NCBI GenBank assembly: GCA_013166775.1
Contig: JABLTJ010000007.1
Location: 156,551-220,550 of the forward strand
Source of the DNA: Promethearchaeati archaeon
GTDB lineage: Archaea; Asgardarchaeota; Heimdallarchaeia; Heimdallarchaeales; Heimdallarchaeaceae
Direction: 5' to 3'
DNA: 64,000 nt
Below, piece by piece: positions 38,959 through 49,052 of this stretch; positions within the stretch are counted from its first letter, which is position 1, and the number at the start of each line of letters is the position of its first letter. Position numbers and translations under genes: made by a program. The notes under the pieces were generated by a model. The model had not been told where the DNA came from. It worked only from the letters and a program-made list of their open reading frames with translations, and did no database searches.

Positions 38959-40665
38959 TCAGGGAATGATAAACCAGTCTTGCACATTCATTCCCCAACC
39001 AATGGAATCTTCTTCTTCTAGTTTTTCCAGAAACTGAAATTCCTGTTCTGTAAGAGGATTCTCACATGCCTTATTGAAAATCTTTTCTAATTTCTTGAAA
39101 TTTTCATAATGCTGAGTAACTCTATGTTCAGCATAATCTCTAGCACTCCAAGTTGAAATGAGAAATTCCCAATCTGATGACGATAGCAGGAATAATTCTC
39201 TACCCATTTGATTGATTATTCTAGTTACAATCTCAAAATAACTGTGGGACTCTTCTCTGTATTTCTTTATTAATTTCAGATATTTTTCTTCGCATTCATA
39301 TATGTATTTCCAACACCACTGATTATCTTGATTTAGCCATATCCAATGGAAATTTCCTTCTCCCCAAGAACCCTCTGGGAGAGAGATAATCTTCTCTTTC
39401 TTTGGAGGATATTTTTCTATGTACTTAGTACCTGTTATAGTTGATATCTCTTCGTCTTCGTTGATTTGGTTTATTACTCTTTCTAGAAATCCAATTCCTT
39501 CGAAAAACCAATGTCCATATAATTCAAAATCGTATGGACTAACTACTATACCTGGAGTTTTTTCTTTTTTATAATAATCCAATAAGCTTTCTTTTGCTAT
39601 CTTGACAAAGTATTCCGAATTTTCATCCAATCTCCCCACAACCCTATCTGGTTCATAGATTTCCTTTTCTCCTAGGTCTTTATCAGGTCCAGTAATCCTC
39701 CAATATCTGTTACCTGATGGCCAATGTTTTTTGTGAAATTCCAAATACCACTGATCACCTGGAAAACCTATATCTCCAGACCAAACCATGACTCCTGTTT
39801 TTTCATCTCTTGTAAAGAAAATCACATCATCTTTTGTATAATGAGGTTTGTATATTGACTCATTTGTTCCTTTGATCACTTGTTTTTCTTTCTCAATTTG
39901 CTTCCAAAGAAGTTGTAGAGCATCAAATCGTTTTAGATAAGCACCTATTCCTTCTCCTCCTCTTAGCAGAGGTGTATCTATTATGAAATATTTGATATTA
40001 TTTAGAGATAGGAAATATTCTACACCTTTTCTTTCTAGCTCTTCTCCTGTAATTGGATTCTTCCATCTATACCCAGGTCGATAGGCCAATTCAGGTAACC
40101 AAATCCCATCAGAATTCTCTTTACCAAAATGCTTCTTGTAAATTTCTTGCCCAGCTCTAATTTGAGCATATACAGATTCCTCTTTCCCTAACAAAGGTAG
40201 ATAACCATGAGTAGCTCCACTAGATATAATCTCAATTGCGTTTTTCTCTTGTAGATATTTGTATCCTCCAAGCAAGTCTTTGTGAAATCTTTCTGTAAAT
40301 TGTTGTTTAACAGATGAATAGTACTCTGCCCATCTTTCTGCTAATTTTGCTGTTTCATGATCTCCTACCCAATTGAAATGATCTTTGTCGTTATAACTAG
40401 CATCAATTCTATCTTGCAGATATCCAGCAAATCCTTCTTTGAATCTAGGATGAGCTAATTGTTCAGCAAGAACCGGAGTGATTCCAACAGTGAGCATTTC
40501 TGTGTAGCCTTTCTGTTCATAAAGATTGGCTAACATTGATAATGTTGGACAATATGTCTCAGCTCCAGCTTCCCACAACCAAGCCTCTCCATGCGGCCAG
40601 GATCCTTGTTCTAATACCCAAGGTAAATGTCCATGTAAAACGAAATTGAGATAACCTTTTATCAT
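38959..40665 (-). CDS. GH57 1,4-alpha-glucan branching enzyme
   Basis: VLHGHLPWV, ETYCP, THGYLPL, WLPELAY, PYDFELYGHWFFEG, SSDWEF. Confidence 0.93.
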   Translation of the reverse strand: MIKGYLNFVLHGHLPWVLEQGSWPHGEAWLWEAGAETYCPTLSMLANLYEQKGYTEMLTVGITPVLAEQLAHPRFKEGFAGYLQDRIDASYNDKDHFNWVGDHETAKLAERWAEYYSSVKQQFTERFHKDLLGGYKYLQEKNAIEIISSGATHGYLPLLGKEESVYAQIRAGQEIYKKHFGKENSDGIWLPELAYRPGYRWKNPITGEELERKGVEYFLSLNNIKYFIIDTPLLRGGEGIGAYLKRFDALQLLWKQIEKEKQVIKGTNESIYKPHYTKDDVIFFTRDEKTGVMVWSGDIGFPGDQWYLEFHKKHWPSGNRYWRITGPDKDLGEKEIYEPDRVVGRLDENSEYFVKIAKESLLDYYKKEKTPGIVVSPYDFELYGHWFFEGIGFLERVINQINEDEEISTITGTKYIEKYPPKKEKIISLPEGSWGEGNFHWIWLNQDNQWCWKYIYECEEKYLKLIKKYREESHSYFEIVTRIINQMGRELFLLSSSDWEFLISTWSARDYAEHRVTQHYENFKKLEKIFNKACENPLTEQEFQFLEKLEEEDSIGWGMNVQDWFIIP

Positions 40666-40726
40666 TATATCTTGCTTTGATATCTTCTTTTTTAACTTTA
40701 TTGTAAAGAATTATCTAACTGAAAGA

Positions 40727-41053
40727 TTAGAACAGATTATGTGGATAATGGTCTCTGACGATTAAGTCTACTCCGCATTTAGTACAGAATTGCTCTCTTT
40801 CATCCATTTGTTTTCCACATTTAGGGCAGTAATTTGAATATGGTTCTTCTCTCTTATCATTATCAGCTTCAGCTACAATACGTTCAAGGGGGATTTTTGG
40901 TCTCCTAATATTTTCTGGAAATTCTCTATTTGAACTACTGTTTCTTTTGAAGAACCATCCGATAAAGAATCCTGCTAGTAGAAGAGTTATACAAATCAAA
41001 AGGAAAACTAAAACATCAAGAGTTAAAGTTCCTAAAATTGCCATTTTTATCAA
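40727..41053 (-). CDS. Single-pass membrane protein with zinc ribbon
   Basis: N-terminal TM; YCPKCG...FCTKCG. Confidence 0.78.
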   Translation of the reverse strand: MIKMAILGTLTLDVLVFLLICITLLLAGFFIGWFFKRNSSSNREFPENIRRPKIPLERIVAEADNDKREEPYSNYCPKCGKQMDEREQFCTKCGVDLIVRDHYPHNLF

Positions 41054-41090
41054 GTTGCTTTTCTGAAATTATTTATTAAAGATTAGTAAT

Positions 41091-42503
41091 TCACAAAAAT
41101 TGCACACTATCAGAGTGTTCATTGTCGATTGATTCAACTAATTGGATAGTTTTTTCCATAAGCTTTGTTCTGACATCTTTATCTTTTGCACATATCTTAA
41201 TTGCTACTTTATTGGGTACTATAGTGGTTTGAATATGACACCAAGAATTATTTTCCTCAATGATTTTAACTCCATGTAATGTGTTTATTGTTTTATATTC
41301 ATTATCTGCCTCGTATAGTTTCTTAAATAGATATTCAGCATTAGAGAATAGAGAATAAGTTGTTTCTTCAATTAAGGTTTTTTCAATAATATCTTTTTCC
41401 TCTACAAAGGAAGATATGTAGCGATGTTTTTCATTTCGAGCAAATGCGGATAGTAAAAGTAGAGTAGATGCAAAAGGTTCAGACTCATTTGAGATTGTTG
41501 GGTGGATATAATTACCTTGTTCATTCGCTCCAAATATTGCTCTATTGAATTGCATTGATCTAGAAATTTCTCCTGGAGTGTCATGTGAGTATTTTACAGA
41601 TATATTATTTTCTTTCAACCAATTTTCCAACGTCCATAAAGTATCTGTTAAAATTACAAGACCTTTATCACGTCCTATCATTTTGTGTTCTGTGAGTATG
41701 GTTGCAATGATGTAAGATTCAATTATTTTACCATTTTCATCTATGTACAAAACTCTTGACCCACTTGGATCAAAAGCAATTCCTAAATCTGCTTTTGCTG
41801 CAACAACTGTTCTGGAAAGAATTGAAAGAGAATTTGGACTGGGTAAAGATTCTGGGATACCTTCGGGTTTATATGAATTCAATGTTAAAATATTAAAACC
41901 TAGTTCAGCTAGAACATTAGGGAAAATTTCTGCTACAGGTCCAAGAGCACAATCCATAACAATAGAGAAATTCTGTTCTCTTAGTACATCCATTCCCAAA
42001 GCTGAACTTATTGCCGCTCTGTAAAGATCATTAGCTTGCTGAACGGATAATATATCAGCTATTTTATCAGGTGTTGCTCGTTTGATTTTTTTGTTTTGTA
42101 TTTTCTCTTTAGCAAAGATTTCAGAAAAAGGTAACTCAACACCAGTTTGATCAAACATTCTAACATTGATCTTTTCAGGAGAACGATGAGCAGCTGCAAA
42201 ATGAACTCCTGCATGGGCACTAAATCTTCTAATTGCAAATTGCAGAACTGGTAGAGAACATGCATGAAGTTCAAAAACTGTAGTTCCAACACTGATTAAT
42301 CCTGCATTGAATGCACGACTTATCATTCTTGTATCTTTTCTGAAATCCCTAGCTGAAACAACCACTGCTTCTTCTCCTCCCAAATACTCCCCCAAAATTG
42401 CTCCAAGGGTGGATGCTATCTCAGGAGATAGCTCACTTGCAGTTCCAGCTAATCTATTTTTTCTATATAGGTGAGAGAAATCATATACAATCTCTGAATT
42501 CAT
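41091..42503 (-). CDS. Phosphohexomutase (PMM/PGM)-fold protein with degenerate active site
   Basis: ARDFR, DCALG, ADLGIAFD; catalytic SHN is AHR and DxDxDR is DPSGSR. Likely start MNSEIV at 42503. Confidence 0.8.
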   Translation of the reverse strand: MNSEIVYDFSHLYRKNRLAGTASELSPEIASTLGAILGEYLGGEEAVVVSARDFRKDTRMISRAFNAGLISVGTTVFELHACSLPVLQFAIRRFSAHAGVHFAAAHRSPEKINVRMFDQTGVELPFSEIFAKEKIQNKKIKRATPDKIADILSVQQANDLYRAAISSALGMDVLREQNFSIVMDCALGPVAEIFPNVLAELGFNILTLNSYKPEGIPESLPSPNSLSILSRTVVAAKADLGIAFDPSGSRVLYIDENGKIIESYIIATILTEHKMIGRDKGLVILTDTLWTLENWLKENNISVKYSHDTPGEISRSMQFNRAIFGANEQGNYIHPTISNESEPFASTLLLLSAFARNEKHRYISSFVEEKDIIEKTLIEETTYSLFSNAEYLFKKLYEADNEYKTINTLHGVKIIEENNSWCHIQTTIVPNKVAIKICAKDKDVRTKLMEKTIQLVESIDNEHSDSVQFL

Positions 42504-42558
42504 TACATTTGAAAATATTCCTTTAGTGCATTTAAAGTTGTTTAAGGATAAAATAGAA

Positions 42559-43053
42559 TTAGATTTCATTCTGTTTCAACATGTTCCAAAAATCAAGATC
42601 AGAGTATATCTTTGGGAAGGATTTTGCTTTTGCTATTAGAATTAGAACAAAAAGTGCAATGGAACAGATTGCAGAAAGAAGACAGAATTCACATATATTC
42701 TTGATTACTACAAATTCAACAATTGTCAAGTAAATGGAAAATCCTGCACCCCATAAACTTGTTAATGGAAGAAAAAAACTTAACCAGTATTTATTTTGTT
42801 GAAAAATTGACAAAAAGAGCAACAGAATAAGTGTGATGTAGAACAAGACTCCCCACAGACTTACATGAACACCTAAAAATATAGATCTTTCATGTGTACT
42901 TACTGCTGAACAATCAAACATACCTACATCTATCAAACAACGATATATATTGGCTTTTGCAGAATATAAAAGATACAATGCATCAATAAAACCAATCAAA
43001 GCAACAACCACTGAAATTCTCAGTAACATGCTCCTTTTCTTACTTTCTGTCAT
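42559..43053 (-). CDS. Vitamin K epoxide reductase (VKOR) family protein
   Basis: Loop Cys pair CLIDVGMFDC, FSIYLT, ICEFC; 4-5 TM. Confidence 0.9.
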   Translation of the reverse strand: MTESKKRSMLLRISVVVALIGFIDALYLLYSAKANIYRCLIDVGMFDCSAVSTHERSIFLGVHVSLWGVLFYITLILLLFLSIFQQNKYWLSFFLPLTSLWGAGFSIYLTIVEFVVIKNICEFCLLSAICSIALFVLILIAKAKSFPKIYSDLDFWNMLKQNEI

Positions 43054-43129
43054 CTTCCTACTTTTAATGCAAATCTATATAAATAATGCTTTCTTAATAT
43101 TATATTGGTAGGATAGCAGAGGGGTTCTG

Positions 43130-43651
43130 ATGCCTATAAAAGAGATTGAGTGTTATAATTGTGGAACTAAGTTAAAGAAAAAAGTTTTGGAATCAATAAA
43201 CATATCAGAGAATCCAAGACAGAAAAAGGAAATTATTCAAGGAAAAATTAATTTCTCCTATTGTCCAGAATGTAAAACAAAAATAAGTCATAAAACACAT
43301 ATCTTATTATCATATCTTGATCCTCCCAGATGGATTTGGTTGGTTGATAAAAAACACCAAAATCCCAGATATCAAGAGGAATTCTTTAGATCCATAGTTC
43401 CTGAGAGCTATTCCGGATTAATTAATCAAGAAATGGTATTTGTTGAGTTTGGAGAACAATGTGATTGTTTGAATTTTATATTAGATAATAAACAACCTCA
43501 GAATTCAAATGATTGGTTAAACCTTGGAAAAATTCTAACAGGGGAGAAAGCTATAGAATGTTTTAAAAAGGCATTGAGACTAGATCAAACTCTAGCTGAA
43601 GCGAAAAAACTGCTTAACGATGAACTGGACAAATTAAAATCACATTCATAA
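43130..43651 (+). CDS. CpXC-domain zinc-binding protein with C-terminal TPR-like helices
   Basis: CYNCG...SIN...CPEC; AIECFKKALRLD. Confidence 0.7.
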   Translation: MPIKEIECYNCGTKLKKKVLESINISENPRQKKEIIQGKINFSYCPECKTKISHKTHILLSYLDPPRWIWLVDKKHQNPRYQEEFFRSIVPESYSGLINQEMVFVEFGEQCDCLNFILDNKQPQNSNDWLNLGKILTGEKAIECFKKALRLDQTLAEAKKLLNDELDKLKSHS

Positions 43652-43674
43652 AACTATAACAAATCTTCCAATGA

Positions 43675-44028
43675 TTATCCTTTTGATTGCGTTTCTCTAA
43701 GCTTAGATAAAATATCTTCTGTTTTTCTTAAAGCAGGTACTGTGATTGTACTACCTACAATTAGACCAATAGCTAGTGTTTCTGATATCTCACAGTCAGT
43801 ACAACCTTCTTGCACTGCTCTTATCATATGGTATTTGTCACAATCATCATAACGTAAAATGAGAGAGGAAATAAGACCTAACAATTCCTTTATTTTCTTA
43901 GATAATTCTCCATCTAGGTAAGCTCGTGTATCCAAAGCGAATAATCTGTTTATTTGCTTGTTTTGAAGATAGAAGATTTTCTTATTCATTTCTTCTCTAT
44001 GTTTTTTAAGATCAAACAGTTCGTTCAT
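43675..44028 (-). CDS. Carboxymuconolactone decarboxylase/AhpD-like protein
   Basis: RLFALDTRAYLDGELSKKIKELLGL...YDDCDKYH. Confidence 0.85.
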   Translation of the reverse strand: MNELFDLKKHREEMNKKIFYLQNKQINRLFALDTRAYLDGELSKKIKELLGLISSLILRYDDCDKYHMIRAVQEGCTDCEISETLAIGLIVGSTITVPALRKTEDILSKLRETQSKG

Positions 44029-44114
44029 AAATCAAGTGATTTTTACTTCTCTATATGTTATTTGGACAAACATTTCTGTATGACTGGAAAATATATTAAG
44101 GGAAAATCTAATAA

Positions 44115-44897
44115 TTGATTATGTTTGAAGAATCAAACTTATTTTACAAAATGGTTGATTGGGAGAAACGATTGGAGAGAGAGAGATCTTTCTTTAAAAA
44201 AAATCTTAAAAATGTGCTTCCAACTGAGGGAGATATTTTGGATTTAGGTTGTGGAATCGGACACCATTTAACTATGATAGCTCAATGGGGATACAAAGGT
44301 CTGGGTTTAGATTTTTCTGAAGCTAGTATTGAAATGGCTTCTCAGAAATCTAAACAAGATAATCTAGATCATCTATTAGAATATATCTACGCTGATATGA
44401 GGGAACTTCTGAATTCTATTAAGAATAGAAAATTCGACTTAATAATTTGCATAGGAAACAGTTTTGCCCTTTTCCCTTTAGAAGAAAGATTGAGCATTGT
44501 TGATCAAGCTTTATCAGCCTTAAAACCAAGAGGAAAATTGATTTTACAGGTTGTTAATTATTTGAAACACGCTAATGAAACAGAATGGATTATTAATCCA
44601 AGTGTTTTCAGAAATGAAGAAGGAATGCTAAGCTTCTTTGTAAGAATAATTGAATGGGCAGATGAGAGGAATGAAAAAGTAAACATGTATGTGCAAAGAT
44701 TACATCAAGATTCTGTTAATTTCACAGAATTTATTCATTCTCAAAAAATCACAGAGTTTTATGTTCCCAAAAAAAGTGATTTTAATTATCTTAATAAAAA
44801 CGAAAAAATAAGAATCAATCTTTTAGGGGATTATTCAGGAATAGAATTTAAAGAAAGTAGTAGCAATGATTTGATCGTTATAATTGATAAAAACTAA
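44115..44897 (+). CDS. Class I SAM-dependent methyltransferase
   Basis: ILDLGCGIG, GLDFS, FDLIICIGNS, LKPRG. Confidence 0.9.
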   Translation: MIMFEESNLFYKMVDWEKRLERERSFFKKNLKNVLPTEGDILDLGCGIGHHLTMIAQWGYKGLGLDFSEASIEMASQKSKQDNLDHLLEYIYADMRELLNSIKNRKFDLIICIGNSFALFPLEERLSIVDQALSALKPRGKLILQVVNYLKHANETEWIINPSVFRNEEGMLSFFVRIIEWADERNEKVNMYVQRLHQDSVNFTEFIHSQKITEFYVPKKSDFNYLNKNEKIRINLLGDYSGIEFKESSSNDLIVIIDKN

Positions 44898-45688
44898 AGA
44901 TCATCATATGGATCTATAACATTTTGTTGTATAACAACTTTCTTTCCAATTGCAGTAAAGATTGGAAGAGCTATTATTCTTAGATTGTCTTGAATTAACT
45001 TTAACTCTTTTTCAACTTTTGAATTATATTCGTCATCTGTAATGAGATTTTCCTTCTTTATATTGAACCATTCATTAGCAATATTATTCTCTAACTCCTC
45101 TTTATCCCAAATTCTGGAGTTTATATGTTTCTTTGTTTCTAGACCAGCAGAAGAAAAAATTGACTGCAAAGATCTTCCAAAATTTGGATTCCCGCCATGT
45201 TGTTTTATTGCTTTTTGATGATATTCACCTAAACCTAGATTTGGATGTTCTATCCAACCACCATAATCTGGTTCGGCAAGAGCAACTATATAGCCACCCT
45301 TTTTACATACTCTAATCATCTCCATCAAAGAAGCAAAAGGTTTTGGTTTCCAAATAAAGAAATAATGGCATATAACTGCATCAAATGATTCATCTCTCAT
45401 TGTTAATTTATCTTCACTTGATCTAAAAAATTCTACTCCTTTAACTCGATCAGAAGCTTCAGCAATCATTAAATGATCTGCATCAATTGCCGTTATTTGA
45501 GCATCTGAGAATTCTCTTAGCTCTTGACTAATAATCCCAATTCTTGAACCAATTTCTAAAATACGTTTTGCTTTTTTTAATTCTATTGTTTCATAGATTT
45601 GTTTTCTAAAAGAACGACTAAAATGTATTTCTTTTACAAATTCCTCATAGTAGTGTGGACATTTATCAGGACAAAAACCTTCATTCAT
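44894..45688 (-). CDS. Class I SAM-dependent methyltransferase
   Basis: ILEIGSRIG, SFDAVICH, EMIRVCKKGG, AEPDYGG. Confidence 0.85.
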   Translation of the reverse strand: MNEGFCPDKCPHYYEEFVKEIHFSRSFRKQIYETIELKKAKRILEIGSRIGIISQELREFSDAQITAIDADHLMIAEASDRVKGVEFFRSSEDKLTMRDESFDAVICHYFFIWKPKPFASLMEMIRVCKKGGYIVALAEPDYGGWIEHPNLGLGEYHQKAIKQHGGNPNFGRSLQSIFSSAGLETKKHINSRIWDKEELENNIANEWFNIKKENLITDDEYNSKVEKELKLIQDNLRIIALPIFTAIGKKVVIQQNVIDPYDDL

Positions 45689-45808
45689 ATTTTGACACCA
45701 GAATTATTTTTGCTTTTACAGGTAATAAGAAATAAATAAGCCTTTTTGTGAGACTACTAGTTGTTAATCAAAAAACAATAAAAATTTAAATTATGAAAGA
45801 GAGATTAG

Positions 45809-46162
45809 GTGAGACAAATGATTAAAAAACATTACAATGACGTTGAAGAATTTGAGGTTAAAGAGTATGGATCAACTGGAACAACTATTAGATGGCTGAT
45901 TACTAAAGAAAAGGATAATGCTCCAAGATTTAGTCTAAGAAGATTCGAAATCCAGCCAGGAGGAGAGATAGGAATACATAATCATACCCAAGAGCATGAG
46001 ATATACATTTTAACCGGAAAAGGTGAAGTTTTTACTCATTTTGAGATAAAAGAAATTGGTTCAGATGATGTTCTGTATGTTCCTCCAAATGAACCTCATG
46101 GATATCGAAATACAGGAGAAGATAATCTAGTCTTTCTCTGTGTAATCCCTTATCTGGAATAA
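45809..46162 (+). CDS. Cupin domain protein
   Basis: HNHTQEHEIY...PPNEPHGY. Confidence 0.9.
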   Translation: MRQMIKKHYNDVEEFEVKEYGSTGTTIRWLITKEKDNAPRFSLRRFEIQPGGEIGIHNHTQEHEIYILTGKGEVFTHFEIKEIGSDDVLYVPPNEPHGYRNTGEDNLVFLCVIPYLE

Positions 46163-46173
46163 TAAGCAATCTT

Positions 46174-47097
46174 CTAAATCAATTGAAGCTTATTCAACCA
46201 ATGTCCTAATTGAGCATGGCAATTAGGACAGTTAGACTTTTGTTTCAACCATGAAATAATATGGCTCTTGTGAGTATAGACTCCACAACATGGAGTATTA
46301 ACTACTTCTTCTCTTTCAGATGGTTTTAAATCTAAATAACAAATAATGCATCTAGGTCTTGGAACTCCACATTTGTCACATATTTCTTCTGTAGGATCGA
46401 ATGGATCATCGCAATTATAGCAGCGTAGCATTTCTACTTCTTCCTCTCCTACACCAGAAACAAGAGATTTCAAGGAGTCATGTAAAAGTACCGACAGATT
46501 CAGTAATGTAATTACAGCTGTATCACTATAAACAACTGCTTCTAAGTAATCGTCTCTTAAATAAAAATAATCCAGATAAGCACGTAGAGCAAGAAAGTAG
46601 TCGTTGATTTGTGCATCTCTAAGTACTTCTCTCCAAAGTGGAGGAGTTGACGAGAAAAGGTAATATACATTACTTAATGGAGGTACATTAAACTCATCTT
46701 TATTTGCTATCATCCTGTTATCCCTTCTTAAAACATCTAGAAAAGAAGGAAACTGTTTGTTTAGAGTACCAAATACTTTAATTGAATTGGCACTAAACTG
46801 AATGATTTTAATCCTTGAGAAGAGAGAATACTTATGTTTTTGTGGTACTATAAAACTGAAACCATTTGATGCTCGTTCTAAATTATGATCACTTGCATTA
46901 AGATTTTCAATAATCTTATTGAGATTAATTGAAGGTTGATAAGTAGAGACTGCTGTCCGTGTGGGGATGGTATAAGCGGGTCTTTGTCTTACTCTTTTGC
47001 GTTTCCTTCTTTTTACAACTGAAACAATTATTACCACAACTATTATTGGAAATGCAAGTTCAGATATTATAGTCAATATGCCTGAGAAATCCACCAC
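46174..47097 (-). CDS. Single-pass membrane protein with zinc ribbon and RING domain (putative E3 ligase)
   Basis: N-terminal TM+KRRKRKR; CYNC..CDKC; CIIC...PCCGVYTHKSHIISWL...CPNC. Confidence 0.8.
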   Translation of the reverse strand: MVDFSGILTIISELAFPIIVVVIIVSVVKRRKRKRVRQRPAYTIPTRTAVSTYQPSINLNKIIENLNASDHNLERASNGFSFIVPQKHKYSLFSRIKIIQFSANSIKVFGTLNKQFPSFLDVLRRDNRMIANKDEFNVPPLSNVYYLFSSTPPLWREVLRDAQINDYFLALRAYLDYFYLRDDYLEAVVYSDTAVITLLNLSVLLHDSLKSLVSGVGEEEVEMLRCYNCDDPFDPTEEICDKCGVPRPRCIICYLDLKPSEREEVVNTPCCGVYTHKSHIISWLKQKSNCPNCHAQLGHWLNKLQLI

Positions 47098-47197
47098 TTA
47101 AACCACTCCTCCAATATATAACAAACCTTTCGAGTATAAAATAATAACTAAATATTTCTCAGAGAATCGTGTAATTGAATCTATGGTGTTTTTGGAG

Positions 47198-47635
47198 TTA
47201 TTCATCGTTTTCTTCTTCAATAGTTTTTTCTACTTCCTGAATTTTTTGTTCGCTAGAGACTATGTTTTCTGCATCACAGTGGGGACAAATGTAAATTAAG
47301 AATTCTCCATCAGTTTTCTTTTCTGCTCCTTCTAATTCCTTTCCACAAATATCACAGAAATCTTTTTGTGGAAAACTTGGTAAATCGACAAGAATTTCTT
47401 TTTCTTTTCTCCATTCATGCCAATTAGCATAAACATAAAGTGAGCACCAGATTATAAATAAACCTGCAATTATAGCGGCAAGAATGACAATCCAGAGAAT
47501 ATTAATTACGAAACCTATTATAAATCCTGCACCAAAGAGAATTATGAAAGCTAAACACATCCATATAAAATCGTCCATTTCCATATTGTCAAAGAATTCG
47601 ATGATAGACATCAGATATAGTTTTAAGAAACTCAT
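47198..47635 (-). CDS. Membrane protein with C-terminal zinc ribbon
   Basis: 2 TM; CDICG...CPHC. Confidence 0.75.
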   Translation of the reverse strand: MSFLKLYLMSIIEFFDNMEMDDFIWMCLAFIILFGAGFIIGFVINILWIVILAAIIAGLFIIWCSLYVYANWHEWRKEKEILVDLPSFPQKDFCDICGKELEGAEKKTDGEFLIYICPHCDAENIVSSEQKIQEVEKTIEEENDE

Positions 47636-47718
47636 ATTTAATTATTACTTTTTTTGAAACAAAAAACATAGAATCAATAATTTATGTGTTTAAGGATACA
47701 ACAGAAACAATATTTCTA

Positions 47719-48930
47719 TCAGATAATCAACTGATTCAGCCATTTTCCTAAATCTAAATGGCAATTTGGACAGCTTGTTTTCTGTTTCAACCATGAGATC
47801 ATATGTTTTTTATGAGCATAAATCTTACAGCAAGGTAGAATAACAACATCTTCATCTTCTGCTGGTTTTAATTCTTGAAAACAAATGATACATCTAGGTC
47901 TTGGACTTTGACACTTATTACACACTTCTTCTAGCGGATCAAAAGTTTCTTGACAATTATAACAAAGCAAGAGTTCAGCTCTAGAAATATCAGAATCCTC
48001 AGATAAAGTTCTCATTGAAGGATCTAAGGAAAGTATCCAGTCAAGTAGTTTTGTGATCGTTTTGCTAGATTTCTTATCAGGCTTAATTAGTACTTCAATA
48101 GTATTTCCCTTTAAGGATAGATACTCAAGATGTGGTCTAAGCATGAGGAGATTTTCTTTCAGATGATTAATTTTAAAAAGATTTTGCCAGATTTCAGGAG
48201 TGGAGGAATCTAAAATATAAACATTATCAAGTATGGGAACAGAGAACTCACTTTTTTTCTGAGAATAGATTCTATCCCGTCGTTTTACATCTAGGGAAAG
48301 AGCTATATTGTTTCGCAAATGCATAGCTAATCGATATGCTTTATGAGCATCATCATATACAATTTTAATTTGGTTGAAATTACTATACAACTTATGATTT
48401 GATAATTTTCTAATTCTTAACCCATCTGTTGTTTTTTCTATTATTTCTTGATCCAATTTTAAATCAGTAACAATATTATTTATGAAAGCAGATTTCTCTT
48501 TTACTCTAGAATATCTTGTTCTTATGCTTTGAGTGATTTTGGATCTACTAATTATGAAACTTAAAACTAAAAACGAGTTAAAGAGTATTATAATAATATA
48601 GAGAGCTAATTGGATATTTTCTATAATCAAGAAATTATACCAGGCTGCAGTTAGACCAAAACAAAAAGCTGCTTCAATTATTAAAACAGAAGAAATTTGA
48701 ACAGACAAACTGCTAAAAAGATTGAATTTTTTTGTTTTAAGTTTTCTCTTAATTTCAAGATACCAGAAAACAAGAACTATTATGAGAATCGGTAGTGGAA
48801 TTATGAAGAGAAAAATAAAAGAAGGAAAATTCTCATTTAATGTAAAGCGGAAATTCACAGCAACTAGGCTTAATAGAGAAATACAATTCAGAATTAAAAT
48901 ATGACGAATTTTTAAGATATTTGCTACCAT
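47719..48930 (-). CDS. 4-TM membrane protein with zinc ribbon and RING domain (putative E3 ligase)
   Basis: CYNC..CNKC; CIIC...PCCKIYAHKKHMISWL...CPNC; paralog of 46174-47097. Confidence 0.8.
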   Translation of the reverse strand: MVANILKIRHILILNCISLLSLVAVNFRFTLNENFPSFIFLFIIPLPILIIVLVFWYLEIKRKLKTKKFNLFSSLSVQISSVLIIEAAFCFGLTAAWYNFLIIENIQLALYIIIILFNSFLVLSFIISRSKITQSIRTRYSRVKEKSAFINNIVTDLKLDQEIIEKTTDGLRIRKLSNHKLYSNFNQIKIVYDDAHKAYRLAMHLRNNIALSLDVKRRDRIYSQKKSEFSVPILDNVYILDSSTPEIWQNLFKINHLKENLLMLRPHLEYLSLKGNTIEVLIKPDKKSSKTITKLLDWILSLDPSMRTLSEDSDISRAELLLCYNCQETFDPLEEVCNKCQSPRPRCIICFQELKPAEDEDVVILPCCKIYAHKKHMISWLKQKTSCPNCHLDLGKWLNQLII

Positions 48931-49052
48931 GTCAAACCTTCCTCTTCTCGAATATTAATTTATATGAACTGATATTTATTTATTCTCTTTAACATAACTC
49001 ATTATTCAAATGAACAGCGAAAATTTATTAGGGTATAGAAAATTAAAAGAAT

